Shown here: positions 47,545 to 58,700 of the stretch, one piece after another | Numbering within the stretch: position 1 is the first letter of the stretch | Layout of the letters: each line of letters begins with the position of its first letter | DNA from: Rhynchopus sp. YZ270_cl-10 | Taxonomy: Eukaryota | Length of the DNA stretch: 64,000 nucleotides | Assembly: GCA_964035575.1 (NCBI GenBank) | Contig: OZ037840.1 | Coordinates: 62,001 to 126,000 of the forward strand | Reading direction: 5' to 3' | The notes under the pieces: model-generated | Databases searched by the model: none | Told to the model about the DNA's origin: nothing | What the model saw: only the letters and a program-made list of their open reading frames with translations | Position numbers and translations under genes: made by a program

Positions 47545-49002
47545 TTAGCACTGGAAGCAGGTGCACGAAAGATCCTTTGTGAGGATGAAGGTGATAATGG
47601 ATGAGACGACAGCTGTGTTGTGTGCGCTGACGTCCGTCATCTCAAAGGGGTCCGATGTGAGGTCGTACAGCTGCAGGGAGGTTGCGTCCTTGGTGCTGGG
47701 CTTGTTGTTCACTGTGTCCGCACAGAAGGGCACCACCGCCTTCCAGTTCCCCATACGCACTGCATAGCCTGAGCTCTTTGCACCCTCAGCCACTTCCACC
47801 CCCTCACCTGCTCCATCCCAGGTGAAAAACAGATAGTCGTGCGTAACGTTCTGTGTACCTGAACGCAGGGTGTCCACAATGCTGATTCCGTCAATGTTCT
47901 CTGGCAACTCGGACGCATCCACACCAGCCAGCTCCGCGAAGGTGGGCATGACGTCCCAGAAGGCCCACTGCGTCGTGGAGGTGTGCCCTGCAGGCACGAC
48001 ACCGGGCCAGCGGACAATCGTAGGCGACCGCATGCCACCTTCGTAGAGCGAGCGTTTGTGCCCCGCAAGCCCGCCGGTGGAGTTGAAGAAGGTCACCTTG
48101 TGGCCACCCTCGAGGTGCGCGCCGTTGTCAGAGGCGAAGAAGATGATGGTGTTGTCGTCCACACCGAGCGCCTTCACCTTTGCAAAGAGATCGCCCACAT
48201 GCCGGTCCAGGTATGTGATGTCCGCTGCGTGGTCCTTTTCGACGTCGGGCCACGAGGTTTCGTTTGCGTACTGCAGGTCTGTTGGGACCGGGGCACCGCT
48301 CTCCTTCCCTGTGTCCGACCACCCCCCAGCGTGAGGGACAGTGAACGCAAGGTATAAGAAGAACGGATCGTCCTTCCCGGCGACCTTCTCCAGCCACGTC
48401 AGCGCGTTGTCCTGGAAGACGTCGGTTGTGTAGTTGTACTGCGCCGGCGACGCCATGCAGAGCTCCCTGCTCTTCGCCTTCGCGTTCAAAGGGAGCTGCA
48501 GCTTTGTGACGTTCTCGGATGGGGTTTGGACGTCAATCTGCGCGGGGTACATATTGTGTGCGTCCACCTGCGAGACTTGCCCCAAAAAATCGTCAAATCC
48601 CTGCATAGCCGGGGAATCCAACGGGGCAATCTTTCCGGAAGCTGCAGTCACGTAGCCCGCCTTCTTCAGAAGCATCGCTGTCGTGGTGACACCCTGCGCT
48701 GCAGGCAGGTCCGTCCCTGCAAGGTTGTACTTCGGGAAGTTCCCTGAATGTCTTCCCGTAAAGAATGTCGTCCTACTCGGCGCACACACCGTATACCCAG
48801 CGTATGCATCCGTGAACTTCATCCCCTCTGCCGCCATCTGGTCCAAATGAGGGGTCGCAATCCGTCCATGCTCCGAGGTACAAGGGAACACCCCCACCTC
48901 ACCCCATCCCAGGTCGTCCGCCATGACCCATATAATGTTAGGACGCGGTGCAGCTGCCGTGACTGCCGTGCATGCTGACACAAGCAGGGCTGATGCCAGC
49001 AT
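47545..49002 (-). CDS. Secreted formylglycine-dependent (S1) sulfatase, arylsulfatase A-like
   Basis: 485-aa intronless ORF with signal peptide, RPNIIWVMADDLGWGE, CAPSRTTFFTGR (CxPxR), SDNG, KRSLYEGGMRSP and LYDLTSDPFE. Confidence 0.96.
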   Translation of the reverse strand: MLASALLVSACTAVTAAAPRPNIIWVMADDLGWGEVGVFPCTSEHGRIATPHLDQMAAEGMKFTDAYAGYTVCAPSRTTFFTGRHSGNFPKYNLAGTDLPAAQGVTTTAMLLKKAGYVTAASGKIAPLDSPAMQGFDDFLGQVSQVDAHNMYPAQIDVQTPSENVTKLQLPLNAKAKSRELCMASPAQYNYTTDVFQDNALTWLEKVAGKDDPFFLYLAFTVPHAGGWSDTGKESGAPVPTDLQYANETSWPDVEKDHAADITYLDRHVGDLFAKVKALGVDDNTIIFFASDNGAHLEGGHKVTFFNSTGGLAGHKRSLYEGGMRSPTIVRWPGVVPAGHTSTTQWAFWDVMPTFAELAGVDASELPENIDGISIVDTLRSGTQNVTHDYLFFTWDGAGEGVEVAEGAKSSGYAVRMGNWKAVVPFCADTVNNKPSTKDATSLQLYDLTSDPFEMTDVSAHNTAVVSSIITFILTKDLSCTCFQC

Positions 49003-50435
49003 TTTAGAGAAAATAAGGGGAGAAAAAAAGAGAGCAAATATGGGTGACGTTCTGAGTGGGGTGAAGATGAGTGGGGTGGTGTGGTCCCTTAAGGATCCTT
49101 AAAAGAGAGCAGACACAAGGGAGGAGGAGGTGTCAGAGAGGTCTCGGAGGCTGGTGCTGATTTAAATGCGCATATATGCACACTTGGTGGCTAATAGGTT
49201 AAGGATCCTTCAAAGAGAGCAGACAGAGGGAAGCTTTGCAGGAGGAGGAGGAGGTGTCAGAGTTCTAAAGAATGCAGTTCCGAAGGGGAAAAAAAAAAAA
49301 GCAAAGATGCTGCCAATCCGTCAAAATTTTAACAGCTTTTGTGCTAAACAGCGTCTGCGGTCTGTTGGGCGGTCCCTGAGATTGACTACGAGGAAATAAC
49401 ACCCAAAAGGAGGTTCGGGGGCGAAAGTGAGCAAGGTTAATAACACCCAGAAGGTTAGGCTGGATCAGAAGAAAGGCCGGCGAGGTGGAGCTGAAGTCTC
49501 CTGAAGGGGCCTCTGCTGGAGAAGCTGGCGGCTCGAACCGGTTGACGAACGAAGCATGAGGGACCACCTCGGGAACTTCAGGATGACGAGGACCCACCGA
49601 AGCTGAGCAGGAGGACTGAACCAGAGAGGGGGTGAATGAGAAGCGCCGCGCACCCCAAGAAGGCACGACGCAGCAATGGGTGCAGGACGTTCCTGCAGGG
49701 TGTCCCTAAAGACGGGTCATTGGTCATTGATATGACTCAGACCGCATCTGGAAGAAAAAAATGCTCGAGAGACTCGTTGCTCTTTTGCTTGTTGCTTAAA
49801 AGACTATAAGCGGGAGGGGGGGAAATAAAGGTTGCTTGTTGTTCGCTTTTTTTATTCGAATTGATTTACGGTATGGATGTGGCCTGATGTATAGAATATG
49901 TCGTGGAGCACAGGGGGGAAGAGAGAGATAGAGAGAGAGAGAGAGAGGGAGGGGGAGGGGGAGGGGGAAACAAGCGGGGAGGGGAAGAATCTCAGCAGTG
50001 TTGGATGCAGACGTGCAGACGTCTGCAGACGTATGCAGAAAACGCCGTCTATTTGCAGACGGCTGCAGCCATCACTTCCTAGAGGGGGGGATACGCAGAC
50101 ACGCGAATTTTTCACGAGGATCTCGAGCATTTTTTGTCAAAATACTATTTGTTAGCTAAAAACAAAGTTGACTTGAAATACAAAAGCCCTTCTCGTGACA
50201 CATTATTACCTTCGTACAGTGGGGGTAACTGATGGGACCCACCAGACAGTGTTTTTTTTTTTTTGGTGTTAAAAATTGTTGGAATAGTGTAGTTGCCATG
50301 TTGCCAACATTTCACTTTCCCTTTGTTTGACTATAGACTACTATCATACGATAGCAAGCCACGATTTTTTTCTTCACAGTGTCCTCAAAAAATAGAGCAA
50401 AATAGACACCAAAAAGAAAAAAGAAAAGAAGGTAA

Positions 50436-52079
50436 AGGGGGGGTCCAAATAACTATATTATTCGGTAACTTTGAAAAGCCAAAATCGCGGCAAAAAAAAA
50501 AAGTTATTTGGAACCTAAGTTATTTGGGGGTAAACTTATTTGGGCACTGAAAACAGGGTTTTTTCTCGTTGCCAACTTGGTGAAGCTTTTAGACACCGGT
50601 ATTTGCATTTTTGGAATCCGTCCGGCCAGTGGTGGGGTCAATTTGCCAAAATGGACAAGTTCTCGTTTTTGATCAATTTCCTCATAGTACACAGTAGCAG
50701 GACAGCACCAGAGGTCGGGGGTTGGGGGTCCAAAAGTCGGGAGTCGGCGGGAGGGTCAACTCTTATTTTCTGTTTTCCTGTTTTGTAGTTTGGTAAAGAC
50801 CCCAGAAGACCCGACCGCCCGAATGATGATGCTGCTTTAAATCTGTTTCGCCCCAGACTTCCTTCTCCAGCGTGGCTGCCGCCTAGATGATTATATCTGT
50901 GGTGTAAAAAACTAGCTTTTTACACCGTACCATAAAATTTTTTCGCCTGCGGCGCCATTTTATATAGTACACTATCAGTTTGGGGCAGGCCTTTTGCTAA
51001 CTTTGGGATTTTCCCCCTGAATGGCATGATGGTCAAAAAAAAATAATTTCCTGGAAAAAAAGTACATTCCGAGCTTTCCCACCTGGTGAAAGCGGTCGTC
51101 GCGCGCTTCGCGCGCGCCTCCCTGCCAGCCACAGGGTGGAGAGGCGAAGGGTCAGCTTTGCGAGATAACAAAAAAAACGGAATCTAATCCTTTATTAACG
51201 GTGCTTGGTCTTGCGCCTTACGTACACTAACCGTACAAAATCAATACGTCTTCCAGAAGCAGGGGCTGTTGCAACGGTTGGGTCACTTTGAAGTAAAAAT
51301 GGTCAAACTTTTGCAGCTTGGGTCAAGCTTCAGTTTTGGCTGTAAAATGCAAGGGAATCCCCTTAGACATTGTAAAAGGGCACCGTAGGCAGGAAAAAAA
51401 TGGCGTACAGCGCGAGCGAAGCGAGCGGAAATTTTTTTGAGGTATACCTCCGCGAGCGCAGCGAGCAGAAAAAATTTAAGGTGCCATCATGCCATCATGC
51501 CATCATGCCATCATGCCATCATGCCATCATGCCATCATGCCATCATGCCATCATGCCATCATGCCATCATGCCATCATGCCATCATGCCATCATGCCATC
51601 ATGCCATCATGCCATCATGCCATCATGCCATCATGCCATCATGCCATCATGCCATCATGCCATCATGCCATCATGCCATCATGCCATCATGCCATCATGC
51701 CATCATGCCATCATGCCATCATGCCATCATGCCATCATGCCATCATGCCATCATGCCATCATGCCATCATGCCATCATGCCATCATGCCATCTGGGGGGA
51801 AATCCCCAGGTGATGGAGAGCGAAAGCCTTGCCCCACCACCCCCCGTGGCATGATGGTGGCATGATGGAAAAAAAAATAAAAAACGCCCAAAAACGTGGC
51901 ATGATGGCATGATGGTTAGCAAAAGGCCTGAGTTTGGGGGAAATTTTTGAAAAATAAAAAAGGAGGTGAGAGGGGGCGAAGTTATTCGGTAACTTTTTCG
52001 GCACCCAAAATCTGAGGGAAAAAAAAGTTATTTGGGGAAATAGCTATTATTTGGGGGTAAACTTATTTGGGCCCCCCCT
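50436..52079. mobile_element. Non-autonomous TIR element (Kolobok-like ends) carrying an 8-bp satellite
   Basis: GTAA|AGGGGGGGTCCAAATAA ... TTATTTGGGCCCCCCCT|TTAA. A ~90-bp subterminal block is repeated directly (50457-50545, 51983-52072). GCGAGCGAAGCGAGC-type motifs inside. Confidence 0.55.
51482..51791 (+). repeat. Tandem repeat (TGCCATCA)n, ~38 units
   Basis: Perfect 8-bp tandem array, with a few inverted units at ~51847-51915. Confidence 0.98.
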
Positions 52080-52471
52080 TTAAAACAACTGGTGTGTCTG
52101 AAGGGTTGGTTGCGCACTTTTTGCAGCCTCTCAGGCACACCAATGACCCTGAGCTTTTTGTTAGGCACTTTGCAAAAGAAAAGAGTGGTAAGTAAGATGT
52201 GTGCATCACGCACATATGAGGAGCAGTGTCAACACTTTTCATGTTGGTATAGACAAGAAGTAGTGTTACTGGTGTGGCTGAAAGGGGGTGCTATTTTCTG
52301 CTATTTTGGGGTCGTCAGCCACACCAATGACACCTTGAGCAGTGTTTTTTTAAAACCTCCGTTCATAAAAGTGTTGAACATTTTCAAAAAACAAAACAAA
52401 AAACAAAACTAGTGAATTAGGAGGTTTTAAAAAAGAGAAGTTGAAAAGTGCAAAAAACAAATTCATTCAGT

Positions 52472-52504
<33 letters not shown>

Positions 52505-52837
52505 AATAAAGGGCGAACGAAGTATGAAAACGCGACTATTGCTGGTCCCAGAAAAGGGTCAGCATCGTAGTTTCCTTTTCTTCATGTTTGAAGAAGAAAA
52601 GACAACACGAATGACGCACATTTTATTTCCGTGTTGTCTTTGGAGTCATGCAATACAAACAACTGTCGAGATCCGATCAATCGGAACAGATACATTTTCC
52701 CTCTCCCCTGAAGGCCCTCTCACCAATCACCCTTTTAGTCAAAAACGGGGGGTGATTTTGAGGTACCGAACTTTCCCCCCAGCCATCCCCCTTCCACAGA
52801 TGAAATTCACGATACAAGCCATGCCAATCCGATTCCC

Positions 52838-54481
52838 TCAACTAGATGTCCCTTCTCCCGCTTCCACGGTGACACCACCTCCTCCTCCTGCCACCCCTTT
52901 GCGACACTCAGAAGGGATCTCTTCTCCATCACCCACATCGCTGTCAACCGCAAACATATTGACAAACGCACCATCCTGCACACCCCATGTCAGTCCGATC
53001 TCCACTTTGGGCTCATAGCTGTCTTTCATTTCAAACCGCACTGAAGAGAACAATGTCAGCAGCGTCACTTTCACCTGCAACATCGCCATCGGCCTGCCAA
53101 GACACCCACGCGCCCCTGACCCGAAGGTATGGTGCTCATACTCAGTATACCTTTTGCGGCCTTCACCTAACCAACGCTGGGGTCGAAACTCTTCGGCATC
53201 TGGCCCCCATATGGCGGGGTTACGGTGCAGTGCGTAGGCAGACCATGTGACGGACTGCCCTGCGGACACAGAACAGCCACTCGGAAACGTAACCTCCTCT
53301 GTCGCAACCGATTCGTTCTGCGGCGACGGTGTGAACAACCGCGTGGCCTCGAGAAACACTGCCTCTGCGATGGGCGCATTCTCTACGTCGTCGTACAGGA
53401 GTGGACGGTCCAGCTCGTCGCCAAAGGCGTGTCGTGCTTCTTCACGCAGTTTGTCTTGCCAATGTTCATGCTCCTTTTGGCTGACAAATTGTAGTACCGA
53501 AGTTAATCCCGAAGCTGTGGTATCCCGCGCCCCAAGAATCATTAAAATCATCAAATCGCGAAGGTGTTTACGCAGTGAAACGTCGCCCAGAGCGGTGTCT
53601 CCACCTGCAAGGTCTTGGAGGTGGTCAACAAAGAGGGTTGTAACGGTGCCGTCGTGGACGCGGTCTTCATTGATGGTACCGTCAGCGTTGACGACTGTGT
53701 CCACGATATCATAGAGAAATGTGTCCACCGTTGAGAGGGAGGTGGCCAAATCGCGTTCTCCTTTGGTGAGAAGGAAACGTTTGTTGAGACGCCACCAAGG
53801 GAAAAATATGCGTTCAAAAGAAGTGGAGAGGAGCCTGTCAAATGCCTGTTGGAGGTGAACAGACTCTTTCCCTCCGTACAGCGCATCGGTTCCCTTCGAG
53901 AAAGCGATGCTGTTGGTGGTGTCAAAGGTAAGGCTTCGAAAGAAGGTTTGGACATCCAAGCTGTGTCCTTCCCCTGATGCAATCCGGGCTCGCATGAGGG
54001 AGGCAGCGGTTTGCGCGTGGGTGCCAAAGACTCGGTCCATTCTTTCTCTCAAAATCTGTTTTTTGAAGATGCTCGCCATCACAAAATGCTGGTCCTTCCA
54101 GGCCTCGCCTTCTAAAGCAATGAGAGCGGCCCCGAATAGATCGTCCAATGGTGTGAATATTAGCGCATTTCTGGTGAAGGAGGATTTCCGTGTTGCGGTG
54201 ACGTGCTTGATATCAGCAGGGTCGCTCACAACGATACCCTGCACCCCAGTGAGCACACTGTAGCCATAAGCTCGCCACCCATTTCGTTTGAACTCCTCGA
54301 GCGGTACGGTGTGCAGGGTGTACGTCCGCACTTTAGAAATGATGAGGGGTAAGATCCCTAGAATAGGCCAGCTCTGGGAATGCATGGTGACCCCTTGGTT
54401 GCGCAGTGGCCGTGCAGACAGACGTGACAACAACAACACAAAACACGCAGTCATGACTACTAATGCAATGAGTGGAGGCAT
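52838..54481 (-). CDS. Cytochrome P450, membrane-anchored
   Basis: 547-aa ORF with N-terminal TM, I-helix GARDTT, ExxR (EATR), FRPQRW and heme motif FGSGARGCLG. Confidence 0.97.
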   Translation of the reverse strand: MPPLIALVVMTACFVLLLSRLSARPLRNQGVTMHSQSWPILGILPLIISKVRTYTLHTVPLEEFKRNGWRAYGYSVLTGVQGIVVSDPADIKHVTATRKSSFTRNALIFTPLDDLFGAALIALEGEAWKDQHFVMASIFKKQILRERMDRVFGTHAQTAASLMRARIASGEGHSLDVQTFFRSLTFDTTNSIAFSKGTDALYGGKESVHLQQAFDRLLSTSFERIFFPWWRLNKRFLLTKGERDLATSLSTVDTFLYDIVDTVVNADGTINEDRVHDGTVTTLFVDHLQDLAGGDTALGDVSLRKHLRDLMILMILGARDTTASGLTSVLQFVSQKEHEHWQDKLREEARHAFGDELDRPLLYDDVENAPIAEAVFLEATRLFTPSPQNESVATEEVTFPSGCSVSAGQSVTWSAYALHRNPAIWGPDAEEFRPQRWLGEGRKRYTEYEHHTFGSGARGCLGRPMAMLQVKVTLLTLFSSVRFEMKDSYEPKVEIGLTWGVQDGAFVNMFAVDSDVGDGEEIPSECRKGVAGGGGGVTVEAGEGTSS

Positions 54482-54565
54482 TGGTGTGCAGAATAAGAGA
54501 AAAGAGAGAGAGGAGGAGGAGGAGGGGTCTGTGGGTGATTATTTTTTTTTTGAGTTGGGTAAATT

Positions 54566-54685
54566 CATGGATGTCCAAAGTACTTGAAGTATATCAAGTA
54601 CTTGATCCCCCAAAAAACCCAATACTTGATACTTCAAGTGCCATAAAAAAATCAGAAAAAAGTACTTCAAGTACTGACATCCATG
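54566..54685. mobile_element. Palindromic MITE with 6-bp TSD, upstream of the P450
   Basis: TIR CATGGATGTC..AGTACTTGAAGTA, with TSD TAAATT on both sides. Confidence 0.8.
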
Positions 54686-55739
54686 TAAATTTAAAAATGT
54701 TGACATAAAAAAAGCTGTGGAGGAAGGGGGAGGGGGAAGGGGGAAGGGGGTCTAATTAAATGCAGGGGGGGGGGGGGGGGGTTTCACTCCTCAAAGCAAG
54801 AAGGGAGTTGACATGGCAATGGCTTTGATAGGGCACATTGTGTAGGGGTTATTTAAAAAAAAACTGGCTCTGAAGAAAAAACTTAAGCTGGCTTGAGAGG
54901 TAGGCTGCTTGGAAAAGCAATCTTGGACCCCTCTAAAAACAGACCGGATAAAATTTTTGAATAAAAGGACAAAAGAAAAGTTTGTTGGTTACGATGAACG
55001 GTGTTCAGTCACGACAAAAAAAGAGGTGGGTGCAAATGTGAGATGCACCCGATCCTGGGGAAATCACATTCAAAAAAGCAGACACAAACTTGACAAGTGG
55101 GCAAGAACATTGTTACGTCCGAATACTTCCTGGACACAATAAATTTTGATTTGAAATACAAAAGCCCTCTAACTGACAACAGTGTACCTTGGTACACTGG
55201 CCTGTGCTGCACTATGGGTGGAACCCCAACCATTCTGTCATACATCCAATACGAGGTTGACATCTGCAAGAAAATAATATGCCCTTTAGTTAAGAACTGA
55301 ACAAAAAGCAAAAAAAAAAATTTCCAAACCGAAATGAAATACCTCTTTCGCTTTCTCTCGCACTCCATCTGATAAAAAAGTTGGTAAATACCACCAAAAA
55401 AAACCCCCCTTCGGGAGATGCCCCCTTTTGGAGCACTTTATCACACTTTACCCATCCTCACCACGGCAATATCTGCTATTAACCGCAACACCTCAAACAC
55501 AATCTCAATAAAAACGTGAGACCCCCTTAACACCCCTCTCCATAGATCTCGACCCTTTCGTTTCGAGACAACAGAACTAAAAAGAAGTTGACTTGAAATT
55601 ACAAAGACCTCTTGTGAACAGTGTACCTTTGGTATGACCGGCTGTAGGGGTGGTCACCCAATCAGTCCTACAATCCATTTCGTGGTTTACCTAAAACTAT
55701 ATCTTCGAAATCATCCCCAAAACAGACATTCTCCTTCGG

Positions 55740-58700
55740 TTATATATTGTTTGGGCAGTTCACCATGCCCCCGAGGGAGGGGACGAGAACGTCGTGTGGG
55801 AGTGACTCCGCGAGACGGCCGTTGAAGGCGTGGAGGACGTCCGCGCATTCGAGAGTGTTGTGTGCACGCATGGGGTCGAAGGAGAAGAACGCCACGTCGC
55901 CTTCGCATTGGCAGCCCTCGGGTGTCGAGGTGTCCACATAGCAGCGATGGTGCGAGGTGCGGTGCGTCGTGACCCCCTGCACGCCCCCAGCATTGAGCGG
56001 TATCGCACCCCAGCTCTCCCCCCACTGCCTCTGCTGTTCGTAGTTGAAACGCCAGGAGGAGACCGCACAGCGGAACCCATTGTGCTCACACTCACAGACG
56101 GGTTGCTTGCACATCCGGGGGTCCCTCATTCGCGAAGCATATGACAGGCATTGCCCGTAGCCCTGTGGGGTAGGTGGAGGGTTAAAGGGGCACAAAGACC
56201 TTTCAAATAGAAACCTTCGGGATATGAAAAAAAATGAAAAAAAATAACATATTGTTCGTGTATCGGCTTGATGCTCTTAGTGAAAAGACTTAAAAGACGG
56301 ATTGTGGCTACATACCTCCTCAGGCACCCCACAGTCCTGTACAGCAGCCTTCGCAAGAACAGCATCGGGGTATGTAGGTACCATGGTACGCTTCGCAATC
56401 GCAGCCAGCTCAGGCTCGGTGATGGCACCGTCCCACTGCAAGGGGGAGAGGGGAGTACGAGGGGAAGGGGGGTTGGGGTAGGCTTTTTGATAAAACAACT
56501 TGGTTGTCAATTCTAAAAAGATTGGAGGCAGGCGCTGCGGGCAAACAAAAAGACCCGATATTTTTTTGAGCACAGTAGTCTGACACCATACCATATAGAA
56601 CTCCTTCACGCCGCCTTCGAAGGTATCGTTCTCGTAGTTGGACCTGCCTATGTATGAGTCGACACGTGTGTCCCGTTGTGGCAGGATCATTGTCGAGGTG
56701 TGTGTGTGCACATGGTCGATAAAGAGCATCGCAGGCCCCACCGCTAACGTGCCATGCATCTTCGCTGCAGCTTTGTCCTGCCTATGTACCACACCAACAT
56801 GATGCCAGCTACCATCATCTGGGATTTGTGGTCCATCTGGGTAGACCCGCCGCCACACTGCCCAGGACCGTGTTGCCATGGCACATGGTCCGGTTGGAGT
56901 GTCCAATGCCGGGCACCTCCTTGAAGCCACGGCGTAGGTGCCACATGCACCTCCATTTGCACAGCCGCAAATCCCCTGTCCAGAATCGCACGGCACCGCA
57001 GAACAGTCAGACTTCACCAAATCTGGGTTGTCGAGAAGCGTGTTGAAGTAGAAAGACCCGCCGTCGGCATAGGTGCTTGCCTCTGCGTTTGGGGTGTTTG
57101 CTAATGCAATGTACTTCCAGTTGCGTTTGACGGCGCCGTCCATGAGTGAAAGGAGGTTTCCACCTGCTTTGTTCCACCAGCGCACCCCTTGGGGGCCGCC
57201 GCCGAAGACAGAGTGGTTGCTATAGCAGCCAGCGTAGGATAGGTACTCTTCCTTGACGAAGATGTTCGCCACGTTGTCACGTCCTACCTTGGAAGGGAGC
57301 TCCCCGACTTCAGGGTCGCCAATGCCGTTTTTGGTTGCAGCGTAGCCGGCATCCTCCTCCACACGGTATACAAGACTTCCTGTGTTGTGCTTAAATGAGA
57401 TTGACACACGGTGTTCCCTCGGTGCGTTCGCGATGTCAACTATGACTGCATTGCGGTTTTGCTTTTTGTATATTTTCACCCAAAATGAGAGACTCACTTC
57501 TCCACCGAAGGTGGTCTCCCCTAGGTTCCCAGGTCTGCCTGGCTGATAGTCGTCTGGAGTATTGTCAAAGAAATGCTCGCACACAAAGGGTGCGGTTTCG
57601 GTAAGGGAGAAGGTGGGGGTTGGGGTACCACGCAGGCTGCTTGCATTGTTGTCTCTGAGAACTGGGTTCCAGTCGGGGATGCTGCTTTTTGTGTTGTAGA
57701 TTGGGCAGCCGAGGGTGAGGTCAACACTGCCGTGGAGGGAGCCAGAGTTGGTGTCGTTGTGACAATGCGCCATGAGGGAGACGTCACCTGCTCTAAAAGG
57801 GCCTCGTAACAAACGGATAAACCCAGATGCAACGATGTTGTCGTGCACTGTGACCCTAACCCGCGCAGAGCTTGCATTAACGTTGTTGATGGCGACCCTC
57901 CCAAACCCAAGCCAACCCTGTTCACATGAAATTCCGTGCATGCAATATGCGTCAATCAAATGAAGCTGTAGAGTGCGCCCGGAAAGCTTACGGAAGTCCC
58001 ATGGTTTGATGGATAGAACCTCTAGTCCGGTGGTGTTGGCGCCAAAGGAGAGGCGCGACTTTGTGAACACATACCGTTTGTGTTCTGTATCGTATAATGC
58101 AATTCCAGCAAAGCCAGAAGCATGTGGTGTGGCTAGCCCTAATACATTGTTTTGTGTGCCTGGGGTTCCAAAGGTTTCGACAGAGATTGAAGAGGAGGCT
58201 GTAGGAATAAAGGAATATGTTGCTAGAACCGATTCGGTATGCGAAGACAAGGGCTCGGCAGCGACGATGCATATTGAGGTTCCATCAAAACATTTTGTCG
58301 CGCTTTCATGCCATCTCCCAAACACCGTTACCAACGAAGTAAGCAAGCTCGCACCGTACCACGACACCGTGGTAGGGGTCCCCACCGAGGTATCCACCTC
58401 AAACTTCACCCGATACCTCCGTCCCAGCTCCAAGCTTGCAGTGGACCGCACCGCTGCGCCGTCCCACTCCCCAAAGGCTACACCATACCCCTGAGCTGCA
58501 GGGTACACCCACGCAGAAAGACTCCCCTCTCCACACCCTACGCCTCCATAGGTCAAAACCGGTTGGTCTCCGGAAGGGAGTTTGTCAACAGTGATGACAC
58601 CTTCGAAGATGGAGGAGTCGTGCTGAATGGCGTGGACGAAGTCGACGGCTTCGACAGGAAAGCGTGCGTGGCGGCGGGAGGTGCAGTGCTCGGGGGTCGT

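Noticed and set aside
49996..50077. TGCAGACG-rich palindrome as a fourth 6-bp-TSD MITE
   Set aside because: Inverted arms are present but the right end is imperfect and no target duplication is visible.
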